The position numbers were made by a program, and so were the translations under genes. The notes beneath the pieces were generated by a model. It ran no database searches. It was not told the origin of the DNA and worked only from the letters and a program-made list of their open reading frames with translations. This document shows positions 1 to 9,744 of a stretch of 64,000 nucleotides of DNA, piece by piece. The stretch comes from an uncultured delta proteobacterium. Lineage in GTDB: Bacteria; Desulfobacterota; Binatia; UBA9968. Location: NCBI GenBank assembly GCA_963745835.1, contig CAVUZH010000013.1:854926-918925 (forward strand), given 5' to 3'. Position 1 is the stretch's first letter. Every line of letters begins with the position of its first letter.

Positions 1-158
1 GCCGCTGCCGCGGGGCCACTAGCTGCCGCAGCCACCGCCATAGGCGCCGCAGCACTGACGCCGAGCTCTTGTTCGAGTTCCTTGACCAGAGTCGCAGCGT
101 CTAGCAGTGTCATGTTCTTAATGTAGTCCTTAACCTGTTCCCTAGATACCTCTGCCAT
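1..158 (-). CDS. rplL: 50S ribosomal protein L7/L12 (5' part; runs off window)
   Basis: Manual translation from ATG at 158: [45 protein letters not shown]; follows rplJ. Confidence 0.95.
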   Translation of the reverse strand, partial: MAEVSREQVKDYIKNMTLLDAATLVKELEQELGVSAAAPMAVAAAASGPAAA

Positions 159-202
159 AAAACGTCCCCCTTTTAATTAAATCCACGCACCGATTGTTGT
201 AA

Positions 203-745
203 TTACTCGGCTTTTCCCTTAGCTGCCGCATCGAGCAATCTGACTACCCGAGATCCGGGTTCTTGAATGAGGCGAAGCAAGTAAGTCGCTGGCCCCTGTA
301 TCAGCGCGAGCAACGTCGCCTGCAGCTCAGGTTTACTGGGCATTTGTGAGAGAACTTTGACCCGAGCAGGATCCATTAACTCGCCCTCAAACATTGCCCC
401 CTTGATCGTCATTTTTTCATTGGCATCGACAAACTTGACGAGCGTCTTAGAAAGCAGGACCGGATCGTCATATGCGAACACCCATCCATTGGGACCCTCG
501 AGCATTCGTTCCAATTCGCCGTAAGCGGTATCTTTAAGAGCCCGGCGAACGAGAGTATTTTTGATAACCTGATATTCCCCTGCCACATCGCGAATCTCGC
601 GCCGCAACTGCGTCATCTTACCGACCGAAAGACCACGATACTCAGTTGCGATCGCCATCTTTGCTTTCCTAAATTTTTCATGCACAGCCGCTACCGTCTC
701 GGCTTTTTCGCCGTGACTCGCGCGTGCAGCTTCTAACTCCGCCAT
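203..745 (-). CDS. rplJ: 50S ribosomal protein L10
   Basis: EYRGLSV..LR..YQVIKNTLVRRA motif; between rplA and rplL. Confidence 0.95.
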   Translation of the reverse strand: MAELEAARASHGEKAETVAAVHEKFRKAKMAIATEYRGLSVGKMTQLRREIRDVAGEYQVIKNTLVRRALKDTAYGELERMLEGPNGWVFAYDDPVLLSKTLVKFVDANEKMTIKGAMFEGELMDPARVKVLSQMPSKPELQATLLALIQGPATYLLRLIQEPGSRVVRLLDAAAKGKAE

Positions 746-792
746 GCTTCTCTCCCGATCCCCTTGGCTTGAAATTTAGCTGAAGAACAGAC

Positions 793-1497
793 CTAGGCAG
801 CCATAGCTCGAACCTGCGACAGGTCGATCTTGACTCCTGGGCCCATGGTCGTTGATAGCGTCACCCCGCGAATGTAGTTGCCTTTAGCTGAGGCAGGTTT
901 GGCTCGGAGAATCGCTGAGAGCACGGCTCTGGCATTGTCTATGAGCTTCTCAGGCTCGAAAGAAGCCTTACCCACGGGAACATGAACTATTCCTGCTTTA
1001 TCGACTCTAAACTCCAATTTGCCGGCCTTGATCTCCTTAACGGCACGTGCAATATCGGCCGAGACCGTACCGGTCTTAGGATTAGGCATGAGGCCGCGTG
1101 GGCCCAACACCTTACCGATCCGACCGACTGCCGCCATCATATCCGGAGTCGCTACAGCTTTATCGAAATCGAACCACCCCTCGCTGATCTTTTTAATAAG
1201 TTCATCGCTTCCGACGAAATCAGCTCCGGCTTCCTGGGCTTCTTTTTCCTTTTCTCCCTTGGCGAAAGCGAGCACCCTAACGGCCTTGCCCATACCGTGT
1301 GGCAATGTCACGGTTCCCCTTACATTTTGGTCCGCTTGCCGTGGGTCAACCCCCAAGCGGATGGCGAACTCAACGGTCTCATCAAACTTTGCCCGGGCGG
1401 TTTCCCGTACAAGCTTAACGCCCTCGTCCAATTGATAGCGTTGACTACGATCTACCTTGGCCAACGCAGCGCGATATGATTTTCCAAAACCGCTCAT
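793..1497 (-). CDS. rplA: 50S ribosomal protein L1
   Basis: [34 protein letters not shown] motifs. Confidence 0.98.
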   Translation of the reverse strand: MSGFGKSYRAALAKVDRSQRYQLDEGVKLVRETARAKFDETVEFAIRLGVDPRQADQNVRGTVTLPHGMGKAVRVLAFAKGEKEKEAQEAGADFVGSDELIKKISEGWFDFDKAVATPDMMAAVGRIGKVLGPRGLMPNPKTGTVSADIARAVKEIKAGKLEFRVDKAGIVHVPVGKASFEPEKLIDNARAVLSAILRAKPASAKGNYIRGVTLSTTMGPGVKIDLSQVRAMAA

Positions 1498-1557
1498 TTG
1501 TCCCCCTCATAAAGCTTCAAAGCAGACGGATTTCGAATCGAGTGACTGCGCTCTGAA

Positions 1558-1983
1558 TCATCCCTCAACATCGAGACCAAGGCTGCGAGCAGTACCTTCA
1601 ACTGACTTCTCGGCCGCGGCCAAATCGTTAGCCGTCAAATCCTTGAGCTTCAACTCCGCAATCTGCCGAACTTGCGCCCGAGTAACTTTCCCAACTTTAG
1701 TCTTGCCCGGTTCCTTGGAACCTTTTTCCACGCCCGCAGCCTTTTTTAGCAGTACAGAAGCCGGCGGGGTCTTCGTCACAAAGGTGAAAGATCGGTCCGC
1801 ATAGACTGTAATAATCACCGGAGTGATCATACCTTGCTGGGATTGAGTCGCAGCATTGAAGGCCTTGCAGAATTCCATGATATTAACCCCACGCTGCCCC
1901 AATGCAGGGCCGACGGGAGGGCTTGGATTGGCTGCCCCAGCGGGGATCTGCAACTTGATTTCTGCGATGACTTTTTTGGCCAT
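1558..1983 (-). CDS. rplK: 50S ribosomal protein L11
   Basis: [37 protein letters not shown]. Confidence 0.98.
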   Translation of the reverse strand: MAKKVIAEIKLQIPAGAANPSPPVGPALGQRGVNIMEFCKAFNAATQSQQGMITPVIITVYADRSFTFVTKTPPASVLLKKAAGVEKGSKEPGKTKVGKVTRAQVRQIAELKLKDLTANDLAAAEKSVEGTARSLGLDVEG

Positions 1984-1998
1984 TTAGTGTCCTTGTAA

Positions 1999-2529
1999 CT
2001 AGTTCCGCTCAACCTGAACGAATTCCAACTCGACAGGAGTGGCTCGTCCAAAGATACTGATGAGCACTCGAAGCTTGCCTTTATCCGGTCTAACTTCTTC
2101 AACAACCCCGTTGAAATCTGCAAACGGACCGTCGACAACTTTAACGTTCTCACCAACCGAAAATAGCACCCGGGGCTTGGGTTTGATTGCGCCCTCCTCC
2201 ATTTGAAGAGTGATGGCTCTAACTTCCTCCTCCGAAATCGAAGGCGGATTCGTGCTGCCACCAACAAACCCAGTAATTTTCGGTGTCTCTTTCACCACAT
2301 GCCAAGTATCGTCATTGAGCTCCATTTGAACCAGAATGTAACCTGGAAAGAATTTTCTTGAGGAAGTTTTTTTCTTTCCTTTGACGAGCTCAACGACCTT
2401 TTCAACCGGCACAAGGATTTCACCGAAATACTCCTGTTTACCGAGAGTCCTCACCCGCTCCTCGAGAGCTGCCTTTGCCTTCTGTTCAAAACCCGAGAAG
2501 GTGTGAACGATATACCATTGCTTTGCCAT
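1999..2529 (-). CDS. nusG: transcription termination/antitermination factor NusG
   Basis: WYIVHTFSGFE, FPGYILV, KOW GPFADF..G, IFGRATPVEL. Confidence 0.98.
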   Translation of the reverse strand: MAKQWYIVHTFSGFEQKAKAALEERVRTLGKQEYFGEILVPVEKVVELVKGKKKTSSRKFFPGYILVQMELNDDTWHVVKETPKITGFVGGSTNPPSISEEEVRAITLQMEEGAIKPKPRVLFSVGENVKVVDGPFADFNGVVEEVRPDKGKLRVLISIFGRATPVELEFVQVERN

Positions 2530-2545
2530 AGGAGAGCTCGGAGAG

Positions 2546-2761
2546 TTAATCGATGATAGCCTGGATCACTGTGGTCAAGCCCAAGTCTATGATCGCCAAG
2601 TAAACCGACACCAGCACGACCACTATAATAACGAGTGCAGTCGCAGCGTACGTTTCCTTCCGCGACGGCCAATGGACCTTTTGCAGCTCCTGCCAGGATT
2701 CTTTTACAAACTCGACGGTATGGCCAAGAGTATCCTGAACTTTTTGAATCCAATCTGCCAT
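2546..2761 (-). CDS. secE: preprotein translocase subunit SecE
   Basis: ELQKVHWPSRKE plus single TM helix; between tRNA-Trp and nusG. Confidence 0.93.
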   Translation of the reverse strand: MADWIQKVQDTLGHTVEFVKESWQELQKVHWPSRKETYAATALVIIVVVLVSVYLAIIDLGLTTVIQAIID

Positions 2762-2778
2762 GGCTAATGATGCATTGA

Positions 2779-2856
2779 TGGCGGGTCAGGCAGGATTCGA
2801 ACCTGCAACAGCCGGATTTGGAGTCCGGAGCTCTAGCCAGTTGGAGCTACTGACCC
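2779..2856 (-). tRNA. tRNA-Trp(CCA)
   Basis: Cloverleaf GGGTCAG...CTGACCC-G-CCA, anticodon arm CCGGA-CT-CCA-AA-TCCGG, GTTCGAAT T-loop. Confidence 0.96.
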
Positions 2857-2866
2857 CCGGTAATCG

Positions 2867-3019
2867 TTAGACCTTGATCTCTCGATGAATTGTATGGGAT
2901 CGACACGAAGCGCAAAATTTCTTAAAAGAAAGTTTATCGGTGGTTTTTTTCTTGTTCTTCGTCGAGGTGTAATTCTTTCGCTTACATTGGTCGCAAGCAA
3001 ACCCTACGATATCCCGCAT
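2867..3019 (-). CDS. rpmG: 50S ribosomal protein L33 (Zn-ribbon type), missing from ORF track
   Basis: Manual translation MRDIVGFACDQCKRKNYTSTKNKKKTTDKLSFKKFCASCRSHTIHREIKV; canonical tuf-rpmG-tRNA-Trp-secE order. Confidence 0.95.
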   Translation of the reverse strand: MRDIVGFACDQCKRKNYTSTKNKKKTTDKLSFKKFCASCRSHTIHREIKV

Positions 3020-3042
3020 GAGTGCGCCCCCCCTTGCCCAAG

Positions 3043-4234
3043 TTACTGGATGATCTTCGTGACAACTCCGGCGCCAACGGTCCGACCACCCTCTCGAATT
3101 GCAAACTTCAACCCGTCGTCCATAGCGACAGGAGTAATGAGCTCGATCTCCACATTGATGTTGTCGCCGGGCATAACCATCTCTGTTCCTTCCGGCAGTT
3201 TCACGACACCGGTAACATCGGTTGTGCGGAAGTAGAATTGCGGCCGGTATCCGTTAAAAAACGGCGTGTGTCGACCACCTTCTTCTTTCGTTAGAACATA
3301 AGCCTCGGCATTAAACTTTGTGTGCGGGGTTATGCTCGCGGGCTTGGCCAAAACCTGACCTCGCTCAACCTCTTCACGCTTGGTGCCACGTAGCAACACC
3401 CCAATATTATCGCCGGCCCGGCCTTCGTCCAGAAGCTTGCGGAACATTTCGATCCCGGTCGCTACCGTTTTTTGCGTCGGCTTAAATCCGACAATTTCAA
3501 TTTCTTCTCCGACCTTGACGACGCCGCGCTCGACTCGGCCGGTTACAACTGTGCCTCGACCGCTGATTGTGAAAACGTCCTCAACCGGCATGATAAATGG
3601 CTTGTCGACGTCTCTGGTGGGCTCTTTGATGAAAGAATCAACAGCTTCCATGAGCTTTATGATAGACCCTTCACCTATGTCGGAGGCGTCTCCCTCTAAA
3701 GCCTTTAGAGCACTACCGATCACTATCGGAACTTCGTCGCCCGGGAAATTTATACTTCGAGAGCAGCTCTCGAACTTCGAGCTCTACCAGTTCTAGCAAT
3801 TCCTTGTCGTCAACCATGTCCGCTTTGTTAAGGTAAACAACTATACCAGGAACACCGACTTGGCGCGCTAGCAGGATATGCTCGCGGGTTTGCGGCATGG
3901 GGCCGTCGGCGGCTGAAACCACCAGGATCGCTCCATCCATCTGCGCCGCTCCAGTGATCATATTTTTCACGTAGTCGGCGTGTCCAGGGCAGTCGACATG
4001 TGCATAATGACGCTTGTCAGTCTCATACTCCACGTGAGCAATATTAATCGTAACGCCTCTTTCTCTTTCTTCCGGCGCCTTATCGATTTGATCATAGGCG
4101 AGAAACTGCGCTTTGCCCTGCTTGGAGAGAACCTTCGTGATGGCCGCAGTTAAAGTAGTTTTACCGTGGTCTACGTGACCGATGGTTCCGATATTAAGGT
4201 GCGGCTTTTTGCGCTCAAACTTTTGCTTGCTCAT
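3043..4234 (-). CDS. tuf: elongation factor Tu, with one extra base near 3741 (probably a sequencing error)
   Basis: [27 protein letters not shown] (ATG 4234) joins the [20 protein letters not shown] half; span is 1192 nt, one base more than 397 codons. Confidence 0.95.
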
Positions 4235-4297
4235 CTCTTCCTCCTGATTGATTTGCCAATCAATTGACTTTATCGTGCTCGAAAATAAACGGCACCA

Positions 4298-4370
4298 AGC
4301 CCAGGAGCGGGATCGAACCGCTGACCTCGTCCTTACCAAGGACGTGCTCTACCGACTGAGCTACCTGGGC
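4298..4370 (-). tRNA. tRNA-Thr(GGT), CCA not encoded
   Basis: GCCCAGG acceptor stem, anticodon arm CGTCC-TT-GGT-AA-GGACG. Confidence 0.95.
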
Positions 4371-4450
4371 AAATCAGTCGATTACTCTTGGCTGATGGCC
4401 TAATTTAAATGATCGGACCACTGCTATTTTGCCACCGGCCATATGCGAAT

Positions 4451-4526
4451 TGGAGCGGGAAACGGGACTCGAACCCGCGACCCCGAGCTTGGAAGGCTCG
4501 CGCTCTACCAACTGAGCTATTCCCGC
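4451..4526 (-). tRNA. tRNA-Gly(TCC)
   Basis: GCGGGAATAGCTCAGTTGG...CGAGC-CT-TCC-AA-GCTCG...TCCA. Confidence 0.96.
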
Positions 4527-4532
4527 CAAAAA

Positions 4533-4617
<85 letters not shown>

Positions 4618-4703
4618 GATTATCAGCAGTATGTTTGCCGCAATCCCACTGCGACTCCCGAACAGCAAATCCTCGCCGCCAGGTTAACATCGGAATGCTT
4701 GGC

Positions 4704-4778
4704 TGGAGCTGGCGATAGGACTTGAACCTACAACCTGCTGATTACAAATCAGCTGCTCTGCCGTTGAGCTACGCCAGC
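4704..4778 (-). tRNA. tRNA-Thr(TGT)
   Basis: GCTGGCG..GCTGA-TT-TGT-AA-TCAGC..TCCA; Thr-Tyr-Gly-Thr-tuf arrangement. Confidence 0.96.
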
Positions 4779-5007
4779 GTCGCAGTGATCGGTCCATACC
4801 AATAAGATGATGCATCAAACGGCTACATCATAACGGCAACGACCGCTTCAGCTCAATTTAGTTAACAAGATATTGGTAGTAAGTTCTTGAAACGCAACGG
4901 ACAACGACGGCAAAGAGGTCATACCACTTCCGCAAACGGGTATTTAAACCATCTTCGATCTATGATGTCAACAGGCTGGCCATAGGTCCCGCGCCACCAA
5001 ACTCCTA

Positions 5008-5769
5008 TTATCTGTCGGGTTTACCCTTGTCAATGCCGCTGTGCTGCCGCGACACCTCATACAACAAGATGGCGGCGGCAACTGAAACATTGAGACTCGA
5101 AATCTTTCCTTTCATCGGAATGCGCACGAGATAGTCGCATTGCTTAGCAATCAAAGGACGAAGACCCCGGCCCTCGCTACCTAGAACGATTCCGAGCTTC
5201 TTCGGGTACTCTTTACTGTCATAAGTCTCCGTAGCGTTTGCATCTAAGCCAACGATCCAGAATCCTGAGCTTTTTAGTGACATTAAGGCGCGACGCAGAT
5301 TCGTCAACCGATAGATCCGCAAGTGATTAACAGCTCCTGCGGAGGCCTTGAGAACTACTGGCGTTATCCGCACAGAGCGATCCTTAGGGATGATGATATC
5401 GCCGGCGCCTACAGCTTCGGCGGTGCGCAGAATTGCTCCGAAATTTCTCGGATCAGTAATGCCATCCAGTATCAGAACCGTCTGAGAGCATGCCTCAGAG
5501 GTGGTACTTTCTAATTCCGAGAAAGGGGCGTACGAATACGCCCGGACTCGCGCTAGAGCTCCTTGATGATTTTGCCCGTGCGCCAAATAATCGAGCTCTT
5601 TAGCATCTACGAACTGTATCTCTATCTGAAGTTTTCGCGCGTCCGTTTCCAGTGATTTAAGAATTGGTCGTAGCGGGCCGCGAGCAAGTAGGATCTTGGA
5701 GATCTCTTCCGGCGCAGCCCTGAGCTTCTCTAGAATAGGATTGACACCGAATATTAGATCCTGCTCCAT
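5008..5769 (-). CDS. rlmB: 23S rRNA Gm2251 2'-O-methyltransferase (SpoU family)
   Basis: HQG, LDGITDPRNFGAILRTA, GSEGRG, SLNVSVA SPOUT motifs. Confidence 0.92.
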   Translation of the reverse strand: MEQDLIFGVNPILEKLRAAPEEISKILLARGPLRPILKSLETDARKLQIEIQFVDAKELDYLAHGQNHQGALARVRAYSYAPFSELESTTSEACSQTVLILDGITDPRNFGAILRTAEAVGAGDIIIPKDRSVRITPVVLKASAGAVNHLRIYRLTNLRRALMSLKSSGFWIVGLDANATETYDSKEYPKKLGIVLGSEGRGLRPLIAKQCDYLVRIPMKGKISSLNVSVAAAILLYEVSRQHSGIDKGKPDR

Positions 5770-5834
5770 ATCGTTCTAGTAGAAGCGGGCCTATCGTTTA
5801 CAACAAAAGAATCACCGGTTAACATGAAAAGGTT

Positions 5835-7025
5835 GTGAAGCGCAGAACTCTTAGTTGTTATCTTCTTTCGGAAATTCTCCCGCCTTTCTTGCTCGGGCTA
5901 CTCACTTTCACTTTCATTCTTCTGATCGCAAGAATCTTAAAGTTGGTCGAACTTATCGTAACTCGTGGCATACCCCTGACCCAAGTCGGAAGACTACTTG
6001 TCTTGATTCTGCCAACGTTCTTGGAATTAACGCTTCCAATGGCGTTTCTTTTGGCCATTCTCTTGGGGCTCGGCAGACTATCAGGCGATCAGGAGCTTCT
6101 CGCCCTGAAATCATCCGGAGTAAGTCCGGTGCAGATTCTGCTACCCCTTATTTTTATGGCGGCGAGTGTCGCCATCATTACCTTTCTCCTGACAACCTGG
6201 GTGAGACCGGCGGCGCAAGTGGCTCTTAAAGACGAACTTTACAACATCGCTAAGACTCGCGTCGGGACAGTCCTTAGGGAGAAGGTATTCAACGATGACT
6301 TTCCAAACATATTGATCTATGTCGAAGAGATAATACCTCCTGGCAATGTTGGGCAAGGCATTCTAATCATCGACAAACGCGAGACCGCGAAGGACAATAT
6401 CATCGTGGGCAAGGTCGGCCTGATCAACACCGAGGAACAGACCCATACGCTCTCATTGAGATTGTTCGATGGCTCCATCTATGAACGAGATCGAACACGC
6501 TCAGACTTCAGCCAAACTAACTTCAACATCTATGATTTCAAGCTCGATTTGGACGAGTTCATCGGACCCGTAAAAATGAAAGATGCCGGACCGAAGGAGA
6601 TGTCTTTAAATCGTCTGCTTAAAACCATCGAGGAAAAGCAAGATGCCGGCATAAACGCCAGACCTGAACTGATGGAGCTTCATCAACGGATTGCGTTCTC
6701 CTTTGCGCCTATCGTGTTCTGTCTGCTAGGTGTCTCTCTATCGCTTCTACCGCGCACATCACGGGCCAATAGATCGTGGGGAGTGGCTTTATGCGTCGGC
6801 TGGCTCGTGGTCTATTATGCTCTGCTTTCCCTGGGAAAGGCATTGGGAGAGAGGGGTGCTTTTCACCCGTTCGTCGCCTTGTGGTTTCCAAACATCGTAA
6901 TCGGTGTCATTTCATTTCATCTATTCCGGAAGGCGCTTTACGAATCTCCATTACTGTTGCAGACCAGGTTCGACGCCGCATCTCTGTGGCTCGGGCAGAG
7001 ACTGACGAAATTCGAAAACCGCTGA
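5835..7025 (+). CDS. lptF: LPS export ABC permease LptF
   Basis: YjgP/YjgQ pattern: GRLSGDQELLALKSSGVS, C-terminal W.PN; paired with the next gene. Confidence 0.88.
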   Translation: MKRRTLSCYLLSEILPPFLLGLLTFTFILLIARILKLVELIVTRGIPLTQVGRLLVLILPTFLELTLPMAFLLAILLGLGRLSGDQELLALKSSGVSPVQILLPLIFMAASVAIITFLLTTWVRPAAQVALKDELYNIAKTRVGTVLREKVFNDDFPNILIYVEEIIPPGNVGQGILIIDKRETAKDNIIVGKVGLINTEEQTHTLSLRLFDGSIYERDRTRSDFSQTNFNIYDFKLDLDEFIGPVKMKDAGPKEMSLNRLLKTIEEKQDAGINARPELMELHQRIAFSFAPIVFCLLGVSLSLLPRTSRANRSWGVALCVGWLVVYYALLSLGKALGERGAFHPFVALWFPNIVIGVISFHLFRKALYESPLLLQTRFDAASLWLGQRLTKFENR

Positions 7026-7032
7026 TAGAACC

Positions 7033-8145
7033 ATGCCACAGAAGCCGCGATTTGCCCTTTTACCGTTTGGCAGCATCGTTGATCGCTATATCGCCAGCGG
7101 CTTTGTCCGGGTATTTGTCGCCAGTTTGCTTTGTTTCACTGCGATCTTTGCCATCATCGAGTTTTTTGAGCGGATCGGCACGTTAGTGGAATCTGGAATT
7201 TCCGTTACCACGGCACTTCGCTACGTCTTGTACAAGATTCCGTTATCAATATCTCGGGTGATCGGTTTTGCCACATTATTTTCGACTCTCTTCTGCCTAG
7301 GAATGCTTTATAAAGCTCAGGAGATCACAGCCATGCAGGCTGCCGGTCTGAGCACCCGAAGATTGTCATTCCCGCTACTTTGTCTCTCGTTGTTAATCTG
7401 CATGACGAATTTCATCTGGAATGAAGGACTGGTACCGGCTTTTGCTCATCGTGCCGAGACTATCTATAAGACTGAGATTAAGAAGAGACAGCAACAGAGT
7501 TTATTCGGAACAAAAGATATCTGGATCCGTGGGGAAGGTGGCTTTGTCAATATAGATAACTTTGATCCGAGCAACAATGTTCTGGAGGGAATCACGTTCT
7601 TTGTTCTAAGCCGCGACTTTACATTACAGTCTACGATTGGCGTTCCCAAAGCACAGTGGGTGAGAGAACAATGGGAATCACCAAGTGGCATCGAATGGCA
7701 GTTTCTATCGGACGGAAAGCTCAGGCAACGAATCGTGAGCACGCCGCCGACAATCTCTGAAACACCCGGCGACCTCATGTTACTCGCTCGGGATCCCGAA
7801 GAATTCACGTTCTTTGATCTGCAAAAACAAATACTCGAAATGAAGGCCAAAGGCATGGATGCCACAGCTTATGAGGTCGATTTACAGGTAAAGCTCGCAG
7901 TTCCATTTATTTCGCCCCTGATGGTTCTAATCGCCATTCCTCTCGCGTTAAAAAGACGCATTGGCAGTGGGTTAGCCATGAGTTTCGGCATCGCAATGCT
8001 GATCGCCTTCGGTTACTGGGTGCTTTCCGCCTTCTGCTTTTCCTTGGGACATAGCGGCGCCTTGCCGCCGACAATCGCAGCGTGGTTGCCAAATTCGATC
8101 TCCGCGCTCCTAGGGATTTATCTTTTCACTGCTGAAGAATATTAG
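7033..8145 (+). CDS. lptG: LPS export ABC permease LptG
   Basis: IVDRYI, EITAMQAAGLS, GALPP..AAWLPN. Confidence 0.88.
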   Translation: MPQKPRFALLPFGSIVDRYIASGFVRVFVASLLCFTAIFAIIEFFERIGTLVESGISVTTALRYVLYKIPLSISRVIGFATLFSTLFCLGMLYKAQEITAMQAAGLSTRRLSFPLLCLSLLICMTNFIWNEGLVPAFAHRAETIYKTEIKKRQQQSLFGTKDIWIRGEGGFVNIDNFDPSNNVLEGITFFVLSRDFTLQSTIGVPKAQWVREQWESPSGIEWQFLSDGKLRQRIVSTPPTISETPGDLMLLARDPEEFTFFDLQKQILEMKAKGMDATAYEVDLQVKLAVPFISPLMVLIAIPLALKRRIGSGLAMSFGIAMLIAFGYWVLSAFCFSLGHSGALPPTIAAWLPNSISALLGIYLFTAEEY

Positions 8146-8214
8146 GGAAGAATACTGATATAGCCGCGTTGGGTCGTCCACTCCGCCGTAGAATCTCAAA
8201 TTAACTGAATCCGG

Positions 8215-8254
8215 TCGAACGCTTTTGCGCCTTAAATCGCGCAAAAGCGTTCGA
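8215..8254. terminator. probable bidirectional terminator hairpin between convergent lptG and rpsI
   Basis: Perfect 16-bp inverted repeat TCGAACGCTTTTGCGC / GCGCAAAAGCGTTCGA with 8-nt loop. Confidence 0.65.
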
Positions 8255-8270
8255 AATTCGTTCTGAATCG

Positions 8271-8663
8271 CTAACGCTTTGAGTACTGTGGTCGTTTTCG
8301 CGCCTTGTGTCGACCGTACTTTTTGCGCTCTACCCCGCGCGGATCACGCGTGACAAAACCGGCCTTTTTCAACGACGATCTAAAATCCGGATTGAGCAAC
8401 ATGAGCGCTCGCGTAATGCCATGGCGAATGGCACCCGCTTGCCCTGAACTACCCCCTCCATCAACATTGACTTCGACGTCATAATTACCGGTGGTCTGAG
8501 TTAACTCGAAAGGCTGCATGACAATCATGCGAGCAGTCTCCCGGCCAAAATACTCATTGAGCGTTCGATCATTGATAGCGATGGAGCCCTTTCCCAGACG
8601 TAAAAAGACGCGAGCTACAGAGGTCTTTCGTCTCCCAGTTGCAGTGATCACTTTTTCTGCCAT
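8271..8663 (-). CDS. rpsI: 30S ribosomal protein S9
   Basis: [27 protein letters not shown]-terminal RKRPQYSKR; start set at MAEKV (ATG 8663). Confidence 0.97.
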   Translation of the reverse strand: MAEKVITATGRRKTSVARVFLRLGKGSIAINDRTLNEYFGRETARMIVMQPFELTQTTGNYDVEVNVDGGGSSGQAGAIRHGITRALMLLNPDFRSSLKKAGFVTRDPRGVERKKYGRHKARKRPQYSKR

Positions 8664-8673
8664 TTGATAACTC

Positions 8674-9129
8674 CTAAGCTCGGATCGCCAGCGGTTTTGG
8701 TTTTTGTGCTTCGTGAGGATGCTCGGCACCTGAATACACTTTGAGCTTGGCGGCCAATTTTCTACCCAAACGGTTTTTGGGCAACATTCCTTTAACAGCT
8801 AAGTGAATCAAATCCTCCGGTTTGTTCTCGAGAAGGTCCGCGGCCGTGCGGGAACGAATTCCTCCAGGATAATTGGTGTGACGATAATAGATCTTATCAT
8901 CCAATTTGTGTCCCGAAAGCCTCACACCTTTAGCATTGATGACGATGACAAAATCGCCGGTGTCCGCGTTGGGAGTGAAAATCACCTTGTTCTTACCGCG
9001 CAGAACCCTGGCGATCTCGCTAGCCATGCGGCCCAAGATTTTTCCATCCGCATCAACGATGTACCACTCCCGTTGGGCAAGCGCTTCTTTGGTATTCATA
9101 CTCCTATCCTCGCAATATCTCTGTGCCAC
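8674..9129 (-). CDS. rplM: 50S ribosomal protein L13
   Basis: [33 protein letters not shown]; exact start uncertain. Confidence 0.96.
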   Translation of the reverse strand: MAQRYCEDRSMNTKEALAQREWYIVDADGKILGRMASEIARVLRGKNKVIFTPNADTGDFVIVINAKGVRLSGHKLDDKIYYRHTNYPGGIRSRTAADLLENKPEDLIHLAVKGMLPKNRLGRKLAAKLKVYSGAEHPHEAQKPKPLAIRA

Positions 9130-9141
9130 TTCGAGAAAAAA

Positions 9142-9218
<77 letters not shown>

Positions 9219-9235
9219 AAGTGATAAAATACGAT

Positions 9236-9310
9236 TGGTGGGCGGTACAGGATTTGAACCTGTGGCCCCCGGCTTGTAAGGCCGATGCTCTCCCGCTGAG
9301 CTAACCGCCC
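9236..9310 (-). tRNA. tRNA-Val(TAC)
   Basis: TCGGC-CT-TAC-AA-GCCGG anticodon arm, ends ACCA. Confidence 0.95.
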
Positions 9311-9365
9311 TTCTCCAGATTACCTCTGGTGTATACACCAGCTCGGATTTGCACGATAGGGTGTT

Positions 9366-9638
9366 CTAGCTGAGGGCCTCTTTTAAGAGCTTACCGGCCT
9401 TGAATTTAGCGACCCTAGAAGGAGCAATCTCGATTGCTTCCCCGGTCTTCGGGTTTCTCCCGGTTCGCCCTTTACGCTCCGAGATCGAAAAAGTCCCGAA
9501 TCCGGAAACATTTATTTTATCCCCGTTCTTTAAAGCGACAACAATATCATCAAGAAATCCATTGACAATTTCTTCTGCTTTCTGTCGGGGCATCTCAGCG
9601 CGTCTTGCTAATGAATCGATTAAGTCTGCCTTGGTCAT
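9366..9638 (-). CDS. hup: HU/IHF-family DNA-binding protein
   Basis: MTKADLI..GFGTF..RKGRTGRNPKTGE..FKAGK.LK, 90 aa from ATG 9638. Confidence 0.92.
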   Translation of the reverse strand: MTKADLIDSLARRAEMPRQKAEEIVNGFLDDIVVALKNGDKINVSGFGTFSISERKGRTGRNPKTGEAIEIAPSRVAKFKAGKLLKEALS

Positions 9639-9681
9639 TACTCTTCCATTCAAGCAAATCTGTCTAATCAGACGTTGCGAG

Positions 9682-9710
9682 TTTATAACAGTCGGCCAAC
9701 CGAGTGTCAA
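9682..9710 (-). promoter_or_regulatory. sigma70-type promoter of hup
   Basis: TTGACA-17 nt-TATAAA with TGn extended -10 on minus strand. Confidence 0.6.
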
Positions 9711-9744
9711 ATCACACGGCTGGCCGAAGTATCGGAACAATTAT

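Noticed and set aside
3735-3755. Programmed ribosomal frameshift in tuf
   Set aside because: Not a known feature of EF-Tu, and the contig has other indel errors; sequencing error is more parsimonious.
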